Source: Mobula hypostoma (Eukaryota). From it: DNA of 64,000 nt. Numbering within the stretch: position 1 is the stretch's first letter; each line of letters opens with the position of its first letter. The position numbers were made by a program, and so were the translations under genes. Positions 49,830 through 62,500 of the stretch are shown in pieces. The stretch covers positions 60,204,001 to 60,268,000 of the forward strand of contig NC_086108.1 in the NCBI RefSeq assembly GCF_963921235.1. Reading direction: 5' to 3'. Under the pieces are notes generated by a model, which did not search any database, had not been told where the DNA came from, and saw only the letters and a list, made by a program, of their open reading frames with translations.

Positions 49830-51409
49830 CAGGTGTCCCCCACTTTTGGAACGTTCGCTTTACGAAAACTTGCTGTTATGAAAGACCTACATTAGTTACC
49901 TGTTTTCCCAAACAGTAGGTGTTTTCACTGTTACAAAAATAGGCAGCGCGCCCCCCGAACAACCAAGCTCCTCCCCCTGAACTGCTTTCTAGCCAGCATA
50001 GTTTAAACACGTGCCTGTGAGCAGCTGTTAGCAAGATGAGTTCTAAGGTATCGGAAAAGCCTAAAAGAGCTCATAAGGGTGTTACACTTTGCGTAAAACT
50101 AGACATAATTAAGCGTTTCGATCGTGGTGAACGAAGTAAGGACAAAGTGAGTTTGGCTTGTGGAAGTTGACGAAGATGATGTTGAAGAGGTTTTGGCATC
50201 CCATGACTAAGAACTGATAAATGAAGAGCTGATGCAATTGGAAGAGGAAAGGATAACAATCGAAACCAAATGCAGTAGCGAACAGACTGAAAGTGAAGTC
50301 GTCCAGGAACTGAACGTGAAGCAACGGCGTGAGATTTTCGCTTCAATGATTGCAGAAAACTACGACTTTCATTTTGAAAGAGTACGTCGGTTTAGGGCAT
50401 ATTTTCAAGATGGTTTGAGTGCTTACAAAGAACTATATGATAGAAAAATGCGCGAGGCTAAGCAGTCAAGCATACCGTTGTTTCTCAAGCCTTCCACATC
50501 AGCCACAGGCAGACATAGAAGAAGATGACCCGCCTGCTCTGATGGAAACAGACGACAATGAGATGACACCCCAGTGTCCTACCACCCCAACCCCCAGGCC
50601 GTGGACTGATACTTTGCCGCGAAGAATGCAGCGGTAGCCAGGACACACCCAACATATCTTTAAGAAAAAAGCCAAAATAAACAAGCTAATTAATTAGGTG
50701 CCGCCCGGCACGTAAATGTTGGCCCAGATCAGAGGCGACACAATCGGCTATTGCCTCTGATCTGGGCCAACATTTATGTGCCGGGCGGCACCTAATTAAT
50801 TAGCTTGTTTATTTCGGTTTTTTCTTAAAGATGTGCTGGGTGCATCCCAGCTATCGCTATACCCCTGCATGCTTCGCGGATCGGTATCGGTCGGCAGCCT
50901 GAAGGCTGGGGACCACTGCACCACCCCAACCTCCAACGACTCAGCTCAACACACCATCATCAGTGCGCTCGGCACTGTCTTCCCAATTCCAGTAAGTGAT
51001 ACTACACTGTACATATATTATTTCTACTTTATATAGGCTGTGTATTTTTATGTGTTATTTGGTAGATTTGGCAGTTTCATAGCTTAAAGGTTACTGGAGA
51101 ATGTTTTTGCCGAGAGCGCTTGCATGAGATTTTCGCTACGGAGAACAGTACGGCAATGATTGTAGAAAAGTATTTCTACTTTATATAGGCTGTGTATTTA
51201 TCATATCATTCCTGCTTTTACTATATGTTACTGTTATTTTAGGTTTTATGTGTTATTTGGCATGATTTGGTAGGTTATTTTTTGGGTCTGCGAATGCTCA
51301 CAAATTTTCCCCATATAAATAAATAGTAATTGCTTCTTCGCTTTACAACATTCTGGCTTACGAACTGTTTCATAGGAACGCTCTATCTTCTGATGGCGGG
51401 GGAAACCTG
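49830..51409 (+). mobile_element. Tigger/pogo deletion derivative with TA TSD and a large internal hairpin
   Basis: TA|caggtgtccccc...gggggaaacctg|TA. N-terminal HTH-psq MSSKVSEKPKRAHKGVTLCVKLDIIKRFDRGE is joined to the Tigger C-terminus EVDEDDVEEVLASH...AYKELYDRKMREAKQSSI; the DDE core is absent. Confidence 0.88.
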
Positions 51410-51699
51410 TACTCCTGCTATATTACAGAATCTTCTTTCTCCTCTACCTTTAACCCTCCCGAATACACGAACCAGAAAATATAGAAATACATCTTAAATA
51501 CATTCCCATTCCAAAATGTTGGTCCAAGACCGCCTCTACTGCTACAATGAGGCCACTCTCAGATTGGAAGAGCAACACCTCATATTCTGTCTAGGTAGCC
51601 TCCAACCTGATGGCATCAGCAATGATTTACTGATCTTTCCCATAATTTTTCCCCTCTCCCCTCTCCTTCCATTCCCCACTCAGGCTTCCCTCTTACCTC

Positions 51700-53270
51700 T
51701 GTGTGAAGTTGCCATTACCAGGGAGAAGGTTCTTGGGAAACTGAAACATCTGAAGGTAGATAAGTCACCTGGACTAGATGGTGTACATCCCAAGGTTCAG
51801 AAAGAAGTGGCTGAAGAGATTGTGGAGGCATTAGTAATGATCTTTCAAGGATCACTAGATTCTGAAATGGTTCCAGAAGACTGGAAAATTACGAATGTCA
51901 CTCCACTCAGGCAGAAGAAAGGAAATTATAGGCCAGTTAGTCTGACCTCAGTGGTTGGGAAGATGTTGGAGTCGATTATTGGGATTCAGTGTACTTGGAG
52001 GCAATGATAAAATAGGCCATAGTTAGCATGGTTTCCGTAAGGGAAATCCTTGCCTGACATATATGTTGCAATTCTTTGAACTAGCAGGTAGACAAAGGAG
52101 AATTGATGGATCTGGTGTACTTGGATTTTCAGAAGGCCTTTGCTATGGTGCCACACAAGGCTGCTTAACAAGCTAAGAGACCATGGTATTACAGGAAAGA
52201 TACTTGCATGGATAAAGCAATGGCTGACTGGCAGGAAGCAAAGAGTGGGAATAAAGAGAGCCTTTTCTGGTCGGCTGTCAGTGACTAGTAGTTTTCCACA
52301 GGGGTCTATGTTGGGACCAATTCTTTTCACATTGTATGTAAATGACCTAACTGATAGAATTGATGGTTTTGTTGCAACGTTTACAAATGAATCAAGGATA
52401 GGTGGAGGGGCAGGTAGTTTTGAGGAAGTAGAGAAGCTACAGAAGGACAGATAGATTGGGAGAATGGGCAGAAAAGTGGCAGATGGAATACAGTGTCATA
52501 CACGTTGGTAAAAGAAATAAAGGTGCAGTCTATTTCCCAAAGAGGAGAAAATTCAAAAATCTGAGGCGCAAAGGGACTTGAGAGTCCTTGTACAGGATTC
52601 CCCAAAGGTTAATTTGCAGGTTGAGCCTGTGGTGAGGAAGGCAAATGCAATGTTAGCATTCATTTCAAGAGGACTAGAATATAAAAGCAAGGATGTAATG
52701 TTGATGCCTTATAAAGTACTAGTGAGGCCTTACTTGGAGTATTGTAAGCAGTTTTGGGCTCCTTAACTTAGAAAGAATGTACTGAAACTGGAGAGGAGTC
52801 AAAGGAGGTTCATGAAAATGATTCCAGGATTGAATGGCTTATCACATGAAGAGGGCTTGATGGCTCTGGGCCTGTATTCACTGGAATTCAGAAGAATGGG
52901 GGGGGGGGGACCTCACTGAAACCTATCGAATGTTGAAAGACCTCAACAGGGTGGAATTGGAGAGGACGTTTCCTATGGTGGGAGAGTCTAAGACCAGAGG
53001 ATACAGCATCAGAATAGAGGAGCATCCCTTTATAATGGAGACAAGGAGGAATTTCTTTAGACAGAGTCGTGAATCTGTCGTAATTCGTTGCCACAGGCGG
53101 CTGTGGAGGGTATCATTGAGTATACTGAAGGCAGAGGTTGATAGATTCTTGACTGGTCAGGGGGCGAAGGGATACAGGGAGAAGGCAGGAGATTGGAGCT
53201 AAAAGGTAAAATAGATCAGCCAAGATGAAATACGGAGCGGAGTCAATGGGCTCCTATTTTGCTCCTATGG
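51700..53270 (+). mobile_element. CR1 LINE RT-3' end
   Basis: LKVDKSPGLDG, GNYRPVSLTSVVGKMLES, LDFQKAF, FPQGSMLGP, LVRPYLEYCKQFWAP; 3' UTR ending ttgctcctatggtctt. Confidence 0.9.
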
Positions 53271-53314
53271 TCTTCTTTGCCTCACCTGCCTATCAACTCC
53301 CCAAGGTGTCCCCT

Positions 53315-53606
53315 TTCTTAAAAGACCCTATCATATCTGCCTCCACCACCTTCGCGGGCAGCCCATTCCAAGTACTCACCACTCTCTGCGTGAAAAAACT
53401 TACCTCTGACACCTCCTCTGTACCTACTTCCAAGCACCTTAAAACTGTGCCCTCTTCTGCTAGCCATTTCAGCCCTGGGAAAAAGCCTCTGACTATCCAC
53501 ATGATCAATGCCTCTCATCATCTTATACACCTCTATCAGGTCACCTCTGATCCTCTGTCGCTCCAAGGAAGAAAGGCCAAATTCACTCAACCTGTTCTCA
53601 TAAGGC
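53315..53606 (-). mobile_element. CR1 3' ORF fragment, fused to a Gypsy fragment
   Basis: MPYENRLSEFGLSSLERQRIRGDLIEVYKMMRGID; closely similar to 15760-16050. Confidence 0.85.
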
Positions 53607-54630
53607 ATGGTGCTCCAGCCACATTCCAGAGGCTTATGGACAGAGTGCTGCCAGGTTGTGAGGACTGCAGCACTGCCTGTTTGGATGATGTGGTCATTTT
53701 TAGTCTGACCTGGGAGGAACATCTGGAGCACCTTCGTTGAGTCCTGGGTGCAATCAATGCGGCAGGACTTACGGTCAACCTGCAGAAATGTGAGTGGGCC
53801 AGGCAGGAAACCCAGTACCTGGGGTATCAGTTGGGGAGAGGTGAAGTCCGGCCTCAGGTGGATAAAGTTGAGGCCATTCTGAACAGCCCCAGGCCCCGTA
53901 CCAAGACCCAGGTCCGGTCTTTTCTTGGCCTAGTGGGCTGGTACTGACGGTTCATCCCTCACTTTTCAACCCTGGCAGCCCCATTGACCAACCTCACCTG
54001 CAAATTGGCCCGTAATCCTGTGGAATGGAGTGAGGAGTGTGAAAGTGCTTTCCAGGGCCTGAAGGAGAAATTATGCTCTTCCCCTGTGTTGCAGAGTCCT
54101 GACTTTGAACGCCACTGCCTGGTGCAGGTGGATGCCTCAGGTGTAGGCATCGGGGGAGTACTGGCTCAGGAAGAGCCAGGTGAGGAACGTCCTGTGTTAT
54201 ATCTCAGCAGGAAACTTCTGCCCCATGAAACCCGGTACTCCACAATCGAGAAGAAGTGTCTGGCAATCAAGTGGGCGTTGGACAGCCTCAGGTACTACCT
54301 TCTTGGGAGGGAGTTTGACCTCCAGATGGACCACAGAGCCCTGACCTGGATCCAGACAATAAAGGACCAGAATGCCAGGGTGACTAGGTGGTACCTGGAA
54401 CTTCAACCTTTCAGGTTCTGTGTGTGGCACAAAGCAGGCAAGGAGAACATCACAGCGGACTTCCTGTCAAGACTGCCAAACATTGCTGCTGCAGGAGAGG
54501 AGGGTGGTAATGTGACAAAGGCCCGTCACTAACTATGGACGGTACATGGTGCACTCGGTAAAACACTCATTCCCAGCAGTAATAGTGACTGGGTCTGGAA
54601 CAGAGCTGCTGCATGGAGCTGTCTCATAGA
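53607..54630 (+). mobile_element. Gypsy LTR retrotransposon 3' fragment (RT C-part, RNase H, PPT, LTR start), Gmr1-like order
   Basis: GAPATFQRLMD, CLDDVVIFS, SFLGLVGWY, QVDASGVGIG, YSTIEKKCLAIKWAL, MDHRAL, ENITADFLSR; then purine tract ggagaggagggtggtaa and TGTGACA at 54511. Confidence 0.85.
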
Positions 54631-55749
54631 GTCTTCTTTGCCTCACCTGCGTATTAACTCCCCAAGGTGTCCCCTCCTTCTCTTTCTCCCACGATCCACT
54701 CCCCTCTCCTATCAGATTCCTTCTTTTCTCACCCTTTACTTTTTCACCTATCACATCCCAGCTTCTTACTTCATCCTCCTCCCCACTCAACCGGCATCAC
54801 ACATCACCTTCGAGCTTGTACCCCTCACCCCCACCTTCTTTTTCTAGTTTCCATACGTTCTGCATGACCTGCTAAGTTCCTCCAGTACTTTGAATATATT
54901 ACTCTGGATTTCCAGCAACTGCAGAATCTCTTACGTTTAATACATTTTAAAGCAGTGGGAAAGTTCAAAACATCTATATCTGTACAGATGGCTGAAATTT
55001 CTAGTAATGAGGGTAAATGCTGACAGTTCCAAATGAAATTGCCAGCTTTTATAAGGAAGACTTGAGCCATTATTTTCAAAGAATGGTTGGAACTCTCACA
55101 CTTGATAGGTATATGAAAAAAAATAACTTGATGAAATAAAGACTAGCAAGATGGGAGCAGAATATGGCAACTCAATGCAAGCTGCTCTGTGTAAAACTAT
55201 TCATTACTTCTATTACAATCATTCTACTCTTAAAACTAAAATTCTAAGTCTCTTAAAAATAACTAATAATGCTCTTAAGTTTATTTACGGGTTTGGTGAT
55301 ATTCTAGCGATCTGAGCAAATGAACCGCCAACCCAACTCTACAAACCACATGGAACCAAATAGCAAGCCCTAGAATGGTCCCATCTACGCAGCAGCTTGT
55401 ATAGAGTGCAGATCCAACCTGACAGAACTGTTGCCAAGATTCAACTCCTGGATCCCAGCAGAATGCCTGACCTGCAGGAGCTGAGATCCAACCCACTCTT
55501 AGGGCACTGTGATTGGAGGCCCAATCAACAGAAGCTCCAGCAGTCAAGTCTTGATGCCTGACCTACAAGAGCACCCAACATCAAGGCCCAACAGAATCAA
55601 AGACCCAACCCTACAAAGCATGTGAGACAGAATTCCAATGGAGAGGCTCTACCAGACACCTTCACTTACTTGTTGGTGCAGTTTATTCCTCACCACAACC
55701 TCTGTATCTGTCCAGAAACAACAAGTTACCTTCCAGTCCAGCTGATTCC

Positions 55750-56250
55750 TCTCCAGAAACCACAAGAAACTACAAAGTTGTGGGCACAGCTCAGAACATC
55801 ATGTGAGCCAACCTTCCCTTCATGGACTCTGTCCAACTTCGTGCTGCCTCAGTAAAATAGCCAAGCATAATCAAAGCCCTCTCCCAACCCAAATGTATTC
55901 TCTTCTCCCACCTCCTATAATGCGCAAGATACAAAAGCCTGAAAGCACGTAGACCAAATGTACCACCACACTTAAGGACAGTTTCTACCCCACTGTCATA
56001 AGACTAACAAATGGACCTCTTGTACAAAAAGATGAACTCAACTTAAATCTACAATCCACCTCATCATGGCCTTGCACCTTATTGCCTGCCTGGACTGCAT
56101 TTTTTCTGTAACAAAAAAAAACACTATATTCTGCATTTTTTTTTCCTCATATTACCTTGATGTACTGATAACGATGAAATTATCTGTATGAATGGCATGT
56201 AAAAGTTTTCCCACTGTACCTCAGTACACGTGACAATGACAAACCGATTA
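55750..56250 (+). mobile_element. Rex1/L2-type LINE 3' end (decayed)
   Basis: LQSCGHSSEHH..., aagatacaaaagcctgaaagcacgt, cttaaggacagtttctacccc and a typical 3' UTR ending cactgtacctcagtacacgtgacaat. Confidence 0.55.
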
Positions 56251-58333
56251 GGAATATTGCAGACTTACTGGACAGTTCATGGATGAGGAACAACTCCTAG
56301 AAATACCTAGTTTTTAAACTATTAAATGGAACGAATTTTCTGTGAAGTTAGCTTCTTGCACCTTCCATTTTATTTTGAACCTTTGTCTCAAAAGAATTTA
56401 AAAAGACAATTACCCACTTCAGCTTTTGCTACAGAATTTTCCAACCTCCTGACCACTCCTGCCAAGGAGGACAAAGGCAACATAAAAATGGGAATATCAC
56501 CACATACAATGTATCCCCCCAAGTCACATACCATCCTAATGCAAGAAATATTGCCTGTCCTGTATTGTTGCTTTAACTCACTTCCAGAAAAGATGTAGCA
56601 GGTCAAGGCAGTCGTTATCCATCCCCTTCAAAGACCTTTTAGAGAGCAGCAGAACTGTCAGCCTAGCTAGTGATACCCACATCCCCTCAAAGACAAACTG
56701 GAATGAAACAACAAGTGCTTAGCAGTATTAAACAGACAAAGCAGAACAAGTTAGCAACCGAAATTCAGAAGTATATCACCACTGACATCTGCTGGTAATT
56801 ATTGAACATGTAGTTGAGTCTTCAATTTCTCACTCCATTCACACAAACACATCTAGTTTTCTCCTTCCGCTCGTTCTTTACTTCCCTTTGCCCTTTCTGG
56901 TCAATTTCCTTATCAAAAATTTTAAAAAGTGCTAAACTCTCATGTCACATCTAATTCACTGGCTTCATGAATCCTAGGACATCATAAGAATTAATATAGA
57001 TAAGATGGTGCATGTCTAAAAGGGTGAAATCCTCAAATTTGTTTAAGTATTACCAATTTTCCAATCAACAAGAATACAAGTTAATTAGATTTTATTTACA
57101 CACTTTATCATTTGATCATACAATAGCTAACCCCTCTAACCTATCAGCAGTAAAACTTAACTAAATATATTACTGCAAATGGTCCGAATAATGACCGGAC
57201 TTCAGAAAATGCAGAAAGACCTGCCCCCAAAACAATTGGTAAAACTAGTGATAATAGAGAAATTTCTAGAGATAAAACAACACACGCACACACAGAACTG
57301 CATTCTTCTATTTTGCTGCCACTTTCTTACACATACTCAGTGAATGAGCCTTCACAGCTCTCTTGGGTAGTGATACCTGATGTTTCAGCATACCAGCTGA
57401 AGAAATCTCACCTCAGCCCAGCCTGAATGCATAACCCTTATTTTCAGATTGTGACCCTTGGTCTGAAATACCTCAGTTCACAAAAAACACAGGGCAGGAA
57501 TCAGCAAAATCCAGCTATTTATACCATAATTGTAGGTACAAATCTTACTTATATCTATTATTTCCTTAATCAAGGCAAGTTAAAATTTTAAAATACTATT
57601 CTTCCAATTTCCTACTTAATTAATGAAGCATTATCCTTTTAAACACTCAATTCCACTAAGCTTATAACTCTCTTCGCCTTGTGCCTTCCTGAAAGTACAT
57701 CTCTTGGTTTGCTTCAGGATTCAGTTTCTCTTCCTTGCAGCCTCAAGATATTTTTCAAGGTACATTCCATATAATCCATTTTCTATGTAATATAATGGAA
57801 TTTAGTGAATGTTCTATGACATTAAAAGTACGGAGACAAAGTTCAAAGTTTTGAAGTACTTTGAACTTTTAAGACTATTCACATAGTGCTAATAAACAAA
57901 ATTTGACATTGAATTACAACAAGAACATTAATCAAAGAGGTAGGGTAATGCGGCATATGCTAACGGGGAGAGGGACAGGGAAACACGGTAACCTGATTAT
58001 AAGAATATCAACATGGAGATTCGCAATGTAATTTAGATATAACAAAATTCTTTCTAGTTTATCACATATGATAACTCAAATGTGCAAACTTTAAATATTG
58101 TATTATTAGGGAAGAATATGAATAATTGATTTTTAATCTGTTCTGATACTGTAGATCAGAAATCCATAATGATGAACATCCTTATGGTTGTTTAACTATG
58201 TTGTACTTTAACTATGAAGGAACCAAACAGATGCTAACATTATCTTTTACAGGGAGAATTTTTTTTAAATGAATAGCATTTTCTTAATACATCAAATCCA
58301 CAAGCAGCGTTTCCTATCTTTAAATTAGCTTAC

Positions 58334-58445
58334 CTTGATTGTTGACTACACTTGTATTACCTAGATTAGCTGATTTGTTGGCGAGAGCATTGACCATAAC
58401 CTTCAACCTTTCCCTAAAATTTGGCACTTGAATGTTGTCATTTTG
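58334..58445 (-). CDS. EFCAB14: EFCAB14 internal coding exon
   Basis: cttcttttctttcag|CAA AAT GAC... to ...AAT CAA G|gtaagc. 112 bp, phase 0/1, encodes QNDNIQVPNFRERLKVMVNALANKSANLGNTSVVNNQ (resembles EFCAB14 SQVSKLREKLQLISALTNK). Not in the ORF track. Confidence 0.85.
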
Positions 58446-59181
58446 CTGAAAGAAAAGAAGTATTGAAAATAATTATTTAAGATCAGGAATGATCAGAAAT
58501 AGAGAAATAAGGAATTCAAACTATACTGGTAAGAAAGCTCACTTCAACGTTAAACACAATTAAAAGGTTTTAGGGGTCTTGCACATGTGAAAAATATGGT
58601 GCGTATGAAAGGACAAGATGTAGCCTCTTTTTTTGGGGCCACAAAAAGGGCATTAAATCTGAAGATTTACTGATGTCAAAGCAACAATGAGTGCATCCTG
58701 TCAACAATTACGGCAAAGGGAATTGAATAATTCATTAAATCATGCGACATCTTTACCACCTGATTCAAGAACAACAGATGAATTTGTTTATATTTTCAAA
58801 TACTGAATAAGGACTATTCCCGAGGCATATTTGATATTCTAACTCCTGAGCGGTAGGAAACCTATGAAACTTTACGATCAAATTATTTGAATATGGAGTT
58901 CGTAAGTTCCTAGAAGAGACTGAGGCTAAAACAAATGAATTGGCAATAATACAGCTGAAAAAATTGTTTTATTCTCTCAAGATTGCATTACAACACAAAT
59001 ATACTCCCTAATTAGTCATGACCATGAAACAAAAATGTGGGCACCTATGAGAGGCAGAGAGGCAGAGAAAATGTTCAATCTGTTGCAAAGCAGTGATAAC
59101 AGGGCAATTAGAAAATTATGACATGATTGGGCAGAACTGACATGAGTTTTGGAAGAGAAATTATGTTTGACAAATTTAGTA

Positions 59182-60022
59182 CAGGTCCACAATCCCTTAT
59201 CCGAAATCCTTGGGGCCAGTTGCATTTTGGCATTCAGAATTTTTCGGATTTCAGACCCCCACCCCACCCCACCCCGATACCAAAAGACACGTACGCTCAA
59301 GTCCCTTATTTAACCTGTCTCAGTGCGGTGGACTTTAGAACCCGGCGGTGTACCAAACCTACGCACATCCTCCCATATACTTTAAATCATCTCTAGATTA
59401 CTTATAATACCTAATACAAAGTAAATACTATGCAAATAGTTGTTATACTGTATTGTTTAGGGAATAATGACAAGAAAAAATTTTATTTCCAACAAAAACG
59501 TTCAATAAAACATAAAAATATACAGCTTCAAACGAACCGAATCAAACACATGGTAAATGACTTATTGGAATAAATGTCGAACATCACTGTCACTATAAAA
59601 CTTCAGTAATTTGTCTTTCTGTCTATTTAAATCATATACAGTGGTAGATCCAACACTATTTTCTTCAGTAAGACGCCACACAGACACACTACAATCAAAC
59701 TTCTGCAATAACTCCACTTTCTGCGTTACTGATAATGATAGATGCTTCCTTCTCTTTTTCTCATTGTTACCTATAGGGGTATCTGCAGCTCTTTTTGACA
59801 TTTTCACAGTGAAATTATACACGAAGTCAACACTGAACACAAAATATCAGCGAACAGCAAATGCACATGTAACCAGTAGGAGCGCTGAGCCACAACTGAC
59901 GTCTGGCGGCCCCTGCTAGTGCTGCCACGTCACATCTAAGTGAGGTCAGCTGCTGGCGAAGAAAACTTCGATTTTCGGAGCTTTTTGGATTTCAGAATTT
60001 CGGATAAAGGAATGTGCACCTG
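59182..60022 (-). mobile_element. Tigger4-like non-autonomous element with internal MER2-like segment, TA TSD
   Basis: TA|caggtccacaatcccttatccgaaa ... tttcggataaaggaatgtgcacctg|TA; minus ORF MSKRAADTPIGNNEKKRRKHLSLSVTQKVELLQKFD...TTVYDLNRQKDKLLKFY (HTH-psq). Confidence 0.85.
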
Positions 60023-61399
60023 TACAGTACTCTAAGGCTGCAAATGGCAGAATGGCCAGTGGAAAGCCAGAAAATACAGTGAATTTGGATTCTCTCTGCA
60101 ACTTCCTTTTAGTGAAAATCATAACCTTTACAAACCACTCCCATGAAATGGCATTTTCCATATAACCATAGAAAATATCTGCCCATCTTTCCTGTCCCTT
60201 CTCTCAATTCCAGGACCAAAAACAATTTTTCCACGAGACTGCATTTAATTTGCATTCCTTCAATTTAATGTATTTGCTACTCCTCCACATTGGACAATAC
60301 CAAACACTGATCCTTTTGTAGAATATCTCGAAGAGCTAAGGCAGCACCTAATTGAAGATCTTGGCACACTGATGGCAATTGAACCAAAGAATATGCTCAT
60401 CTTATGCATATGCTGCTGAGCTTGAATTATCTATCACTATCCAGACTTGTACATGAATAATCAGCATGATAAGGCAATTGAGAACCGAGCCTTAAACTTC
60501 TCGTTAAAGCTTCAAGATCCACTAAAAGTAAAACATTTTAAGACTATAGAAATCTTTACGTCCTTACGGTCAGCATCAAGGCTCTTTTTTTTCTTGTCTG
60601 TCAAACCTTTTAATTCTCAAATTGTGAGATATTTAAGAGGCGCAGGTGGTGTAATAAATTGAGTTTCATTTTGTATTTGACCTTCAGCACAGCTATCTGA
60701 AAGCTAACAGCCTTTTGCTGCTAGGCAAGCAATAAATGTCAGCTAGTTGGGAAGCCTTTGTGGAAACAACTATTGGCAGTAATTCCCCCTTATGAGGTAC
60801 GAACATGCTAATTAGCATCTCCACTAGCTACATAGTTTGACATTTCCAAAGTCCATTAAGTGTCTATTTGTACTGCTCGTTCATGTTTTTTCTGCAATAA
60901 ACTGAAGCAGAAAAACACACCTCAAATAGTATTTTTATAAATGTCAAGATATCTGTTCTTGATGTTCCATTCGTTTTATAGTTGAAATGACTTCAATGAC
61001 AACTTTGTAAGATATGCATGAAATTGCCTCAAGAAGGACAATCTTAGACAATTCATATGGTTATTTTTAAATATATCAATTTATAGTTTGATTTGAACCA
61101 TTCAAGACAAATGTTATTTGACCTGCAGAAATTTTTGTTCTTTCATGTAATTTTCTTTTCACTAATATTCAGATAGGATCTGCATTTGATTTATTAACAA
61201 AAACAGTTGATTAAATGAAAAAAAAGTTTTACATTGAAATACCACACTAGATAGTCCAAGTTTTAAGGTCAAGCTTTGTGTTTTATCTTATTTATCTGTT
61301 AATTGTCTTTAAATTCTTTAAATTGCTGTACTGAACATTTTATTTTCTTTCTATTCAGAACTTAAAACAATTGCTTTACAGAAAAGTTATTAATTTTAG

Positions 61400-62500
61400 A
61401 GTCATAATGTCATAGAACATTACAGCACAGAAACAGACACTTTGGCTCATCTCATCAGTGCCAAGCTACTAATCCGCCTAGTCCCATCAACCTGTATCCG
61501 GACCATAGCCCTCCATACCACTCCCATCCATGTGCCTATCCAAATTTCTTTTAAATGTTTAAATCGAACCCACATCCACCACTTCCATTGGCAGCTTGTT
61601 CCACACTCTCAGCACCCTCTGAGTGAGGGAGTTCCTCATGTTCTGCTTAAACATTTCACCTTTCAACCTTAACCATGATATCTCGTTCTACTCACACCCA
61701 AGCTCAGTGAAAAAAGCCTGCTTGTATTTATCCCATCTATTCTCTTCATAATTTTGTAAATCTCTATCAAATCTCCCCTCATTCTCCTGTGCTCTGGGGA
61801 ATGGAGTCCTAATCTATTCAACCTTTCCTTATAACTTAGGTCTTCAAGTTCTGGCAATATCCTTGTAAATTTTCTCTGCGCTGTTTTGATTTCATCGATA
61901 TCTTTCCTGTAAGTAGGTGACCAGAACCCCACACAATACTCCAAATTAGGCCTCATCAACGTCTTAAACAACTTCAACATAGCATCCCATTTCCTGTACT
62001 CAATATTTTGCTTTATGAAGGCCAAGGTGCCAAAAGCTTTCTTTACGACCCTATCTAAGTGTGACACCACTTTCAATGAATTATGGACGTGTATTCCCAG
62101 ATCCCTTTGTTCTACCGCACTCCTAGTGCCCTACCGTCCACTGTGTAATACCTACCCTGGTTGGTCCTACTGAAGTGCAAGACCTCAAGCTTGTCTGCAT
62201 TAAATTCTATCTGCCATTTTTCAGCCCATTTTTTTTTTTCCAGCTGGTCCAGATCCTTTTGCAAGCCACGATAGTCTTCTTTGCTGTCCACTACATCCCC
62301 AGTCTTGGTGTCAGCCGCGAAATTGCAGATCCAGTGATACACCTTACCATTCAGATCATTGATGTAGATAACAAGCAACAACACACCCAGCACTGATCCC
62401 TGCAGCACTCCACTACTCACAGGCCTCCAGTCAGCGAGGCAACCACCTACTAACATTCACTAGCTTCTCCCGCAAAGCCAATGTCTGATCCAATTTACTA
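61400..62500 (-). mobile_element. CR1 LINE RT-3' end
   Basis: WRPVSSGVLQGSVLG, YINDL, FAADTK, WAEKWQIEFN, LMRPNLEYCVGFWSP, RMRGDLIEIYKIMK. Confidence 0.9.

Larger units (their letters stand above)
51500..54940 (+). mobile_element. PLE 3' fragment (51500-51700 and 54631-54940), split by CR1 and a chimeric insertion
   Basis: LYCYNEATLRLEEQHLIFCLGSLQPDG; pyrimidine-rich 3' region and pLTR end at 54860-54937. Confidence 0.75.
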
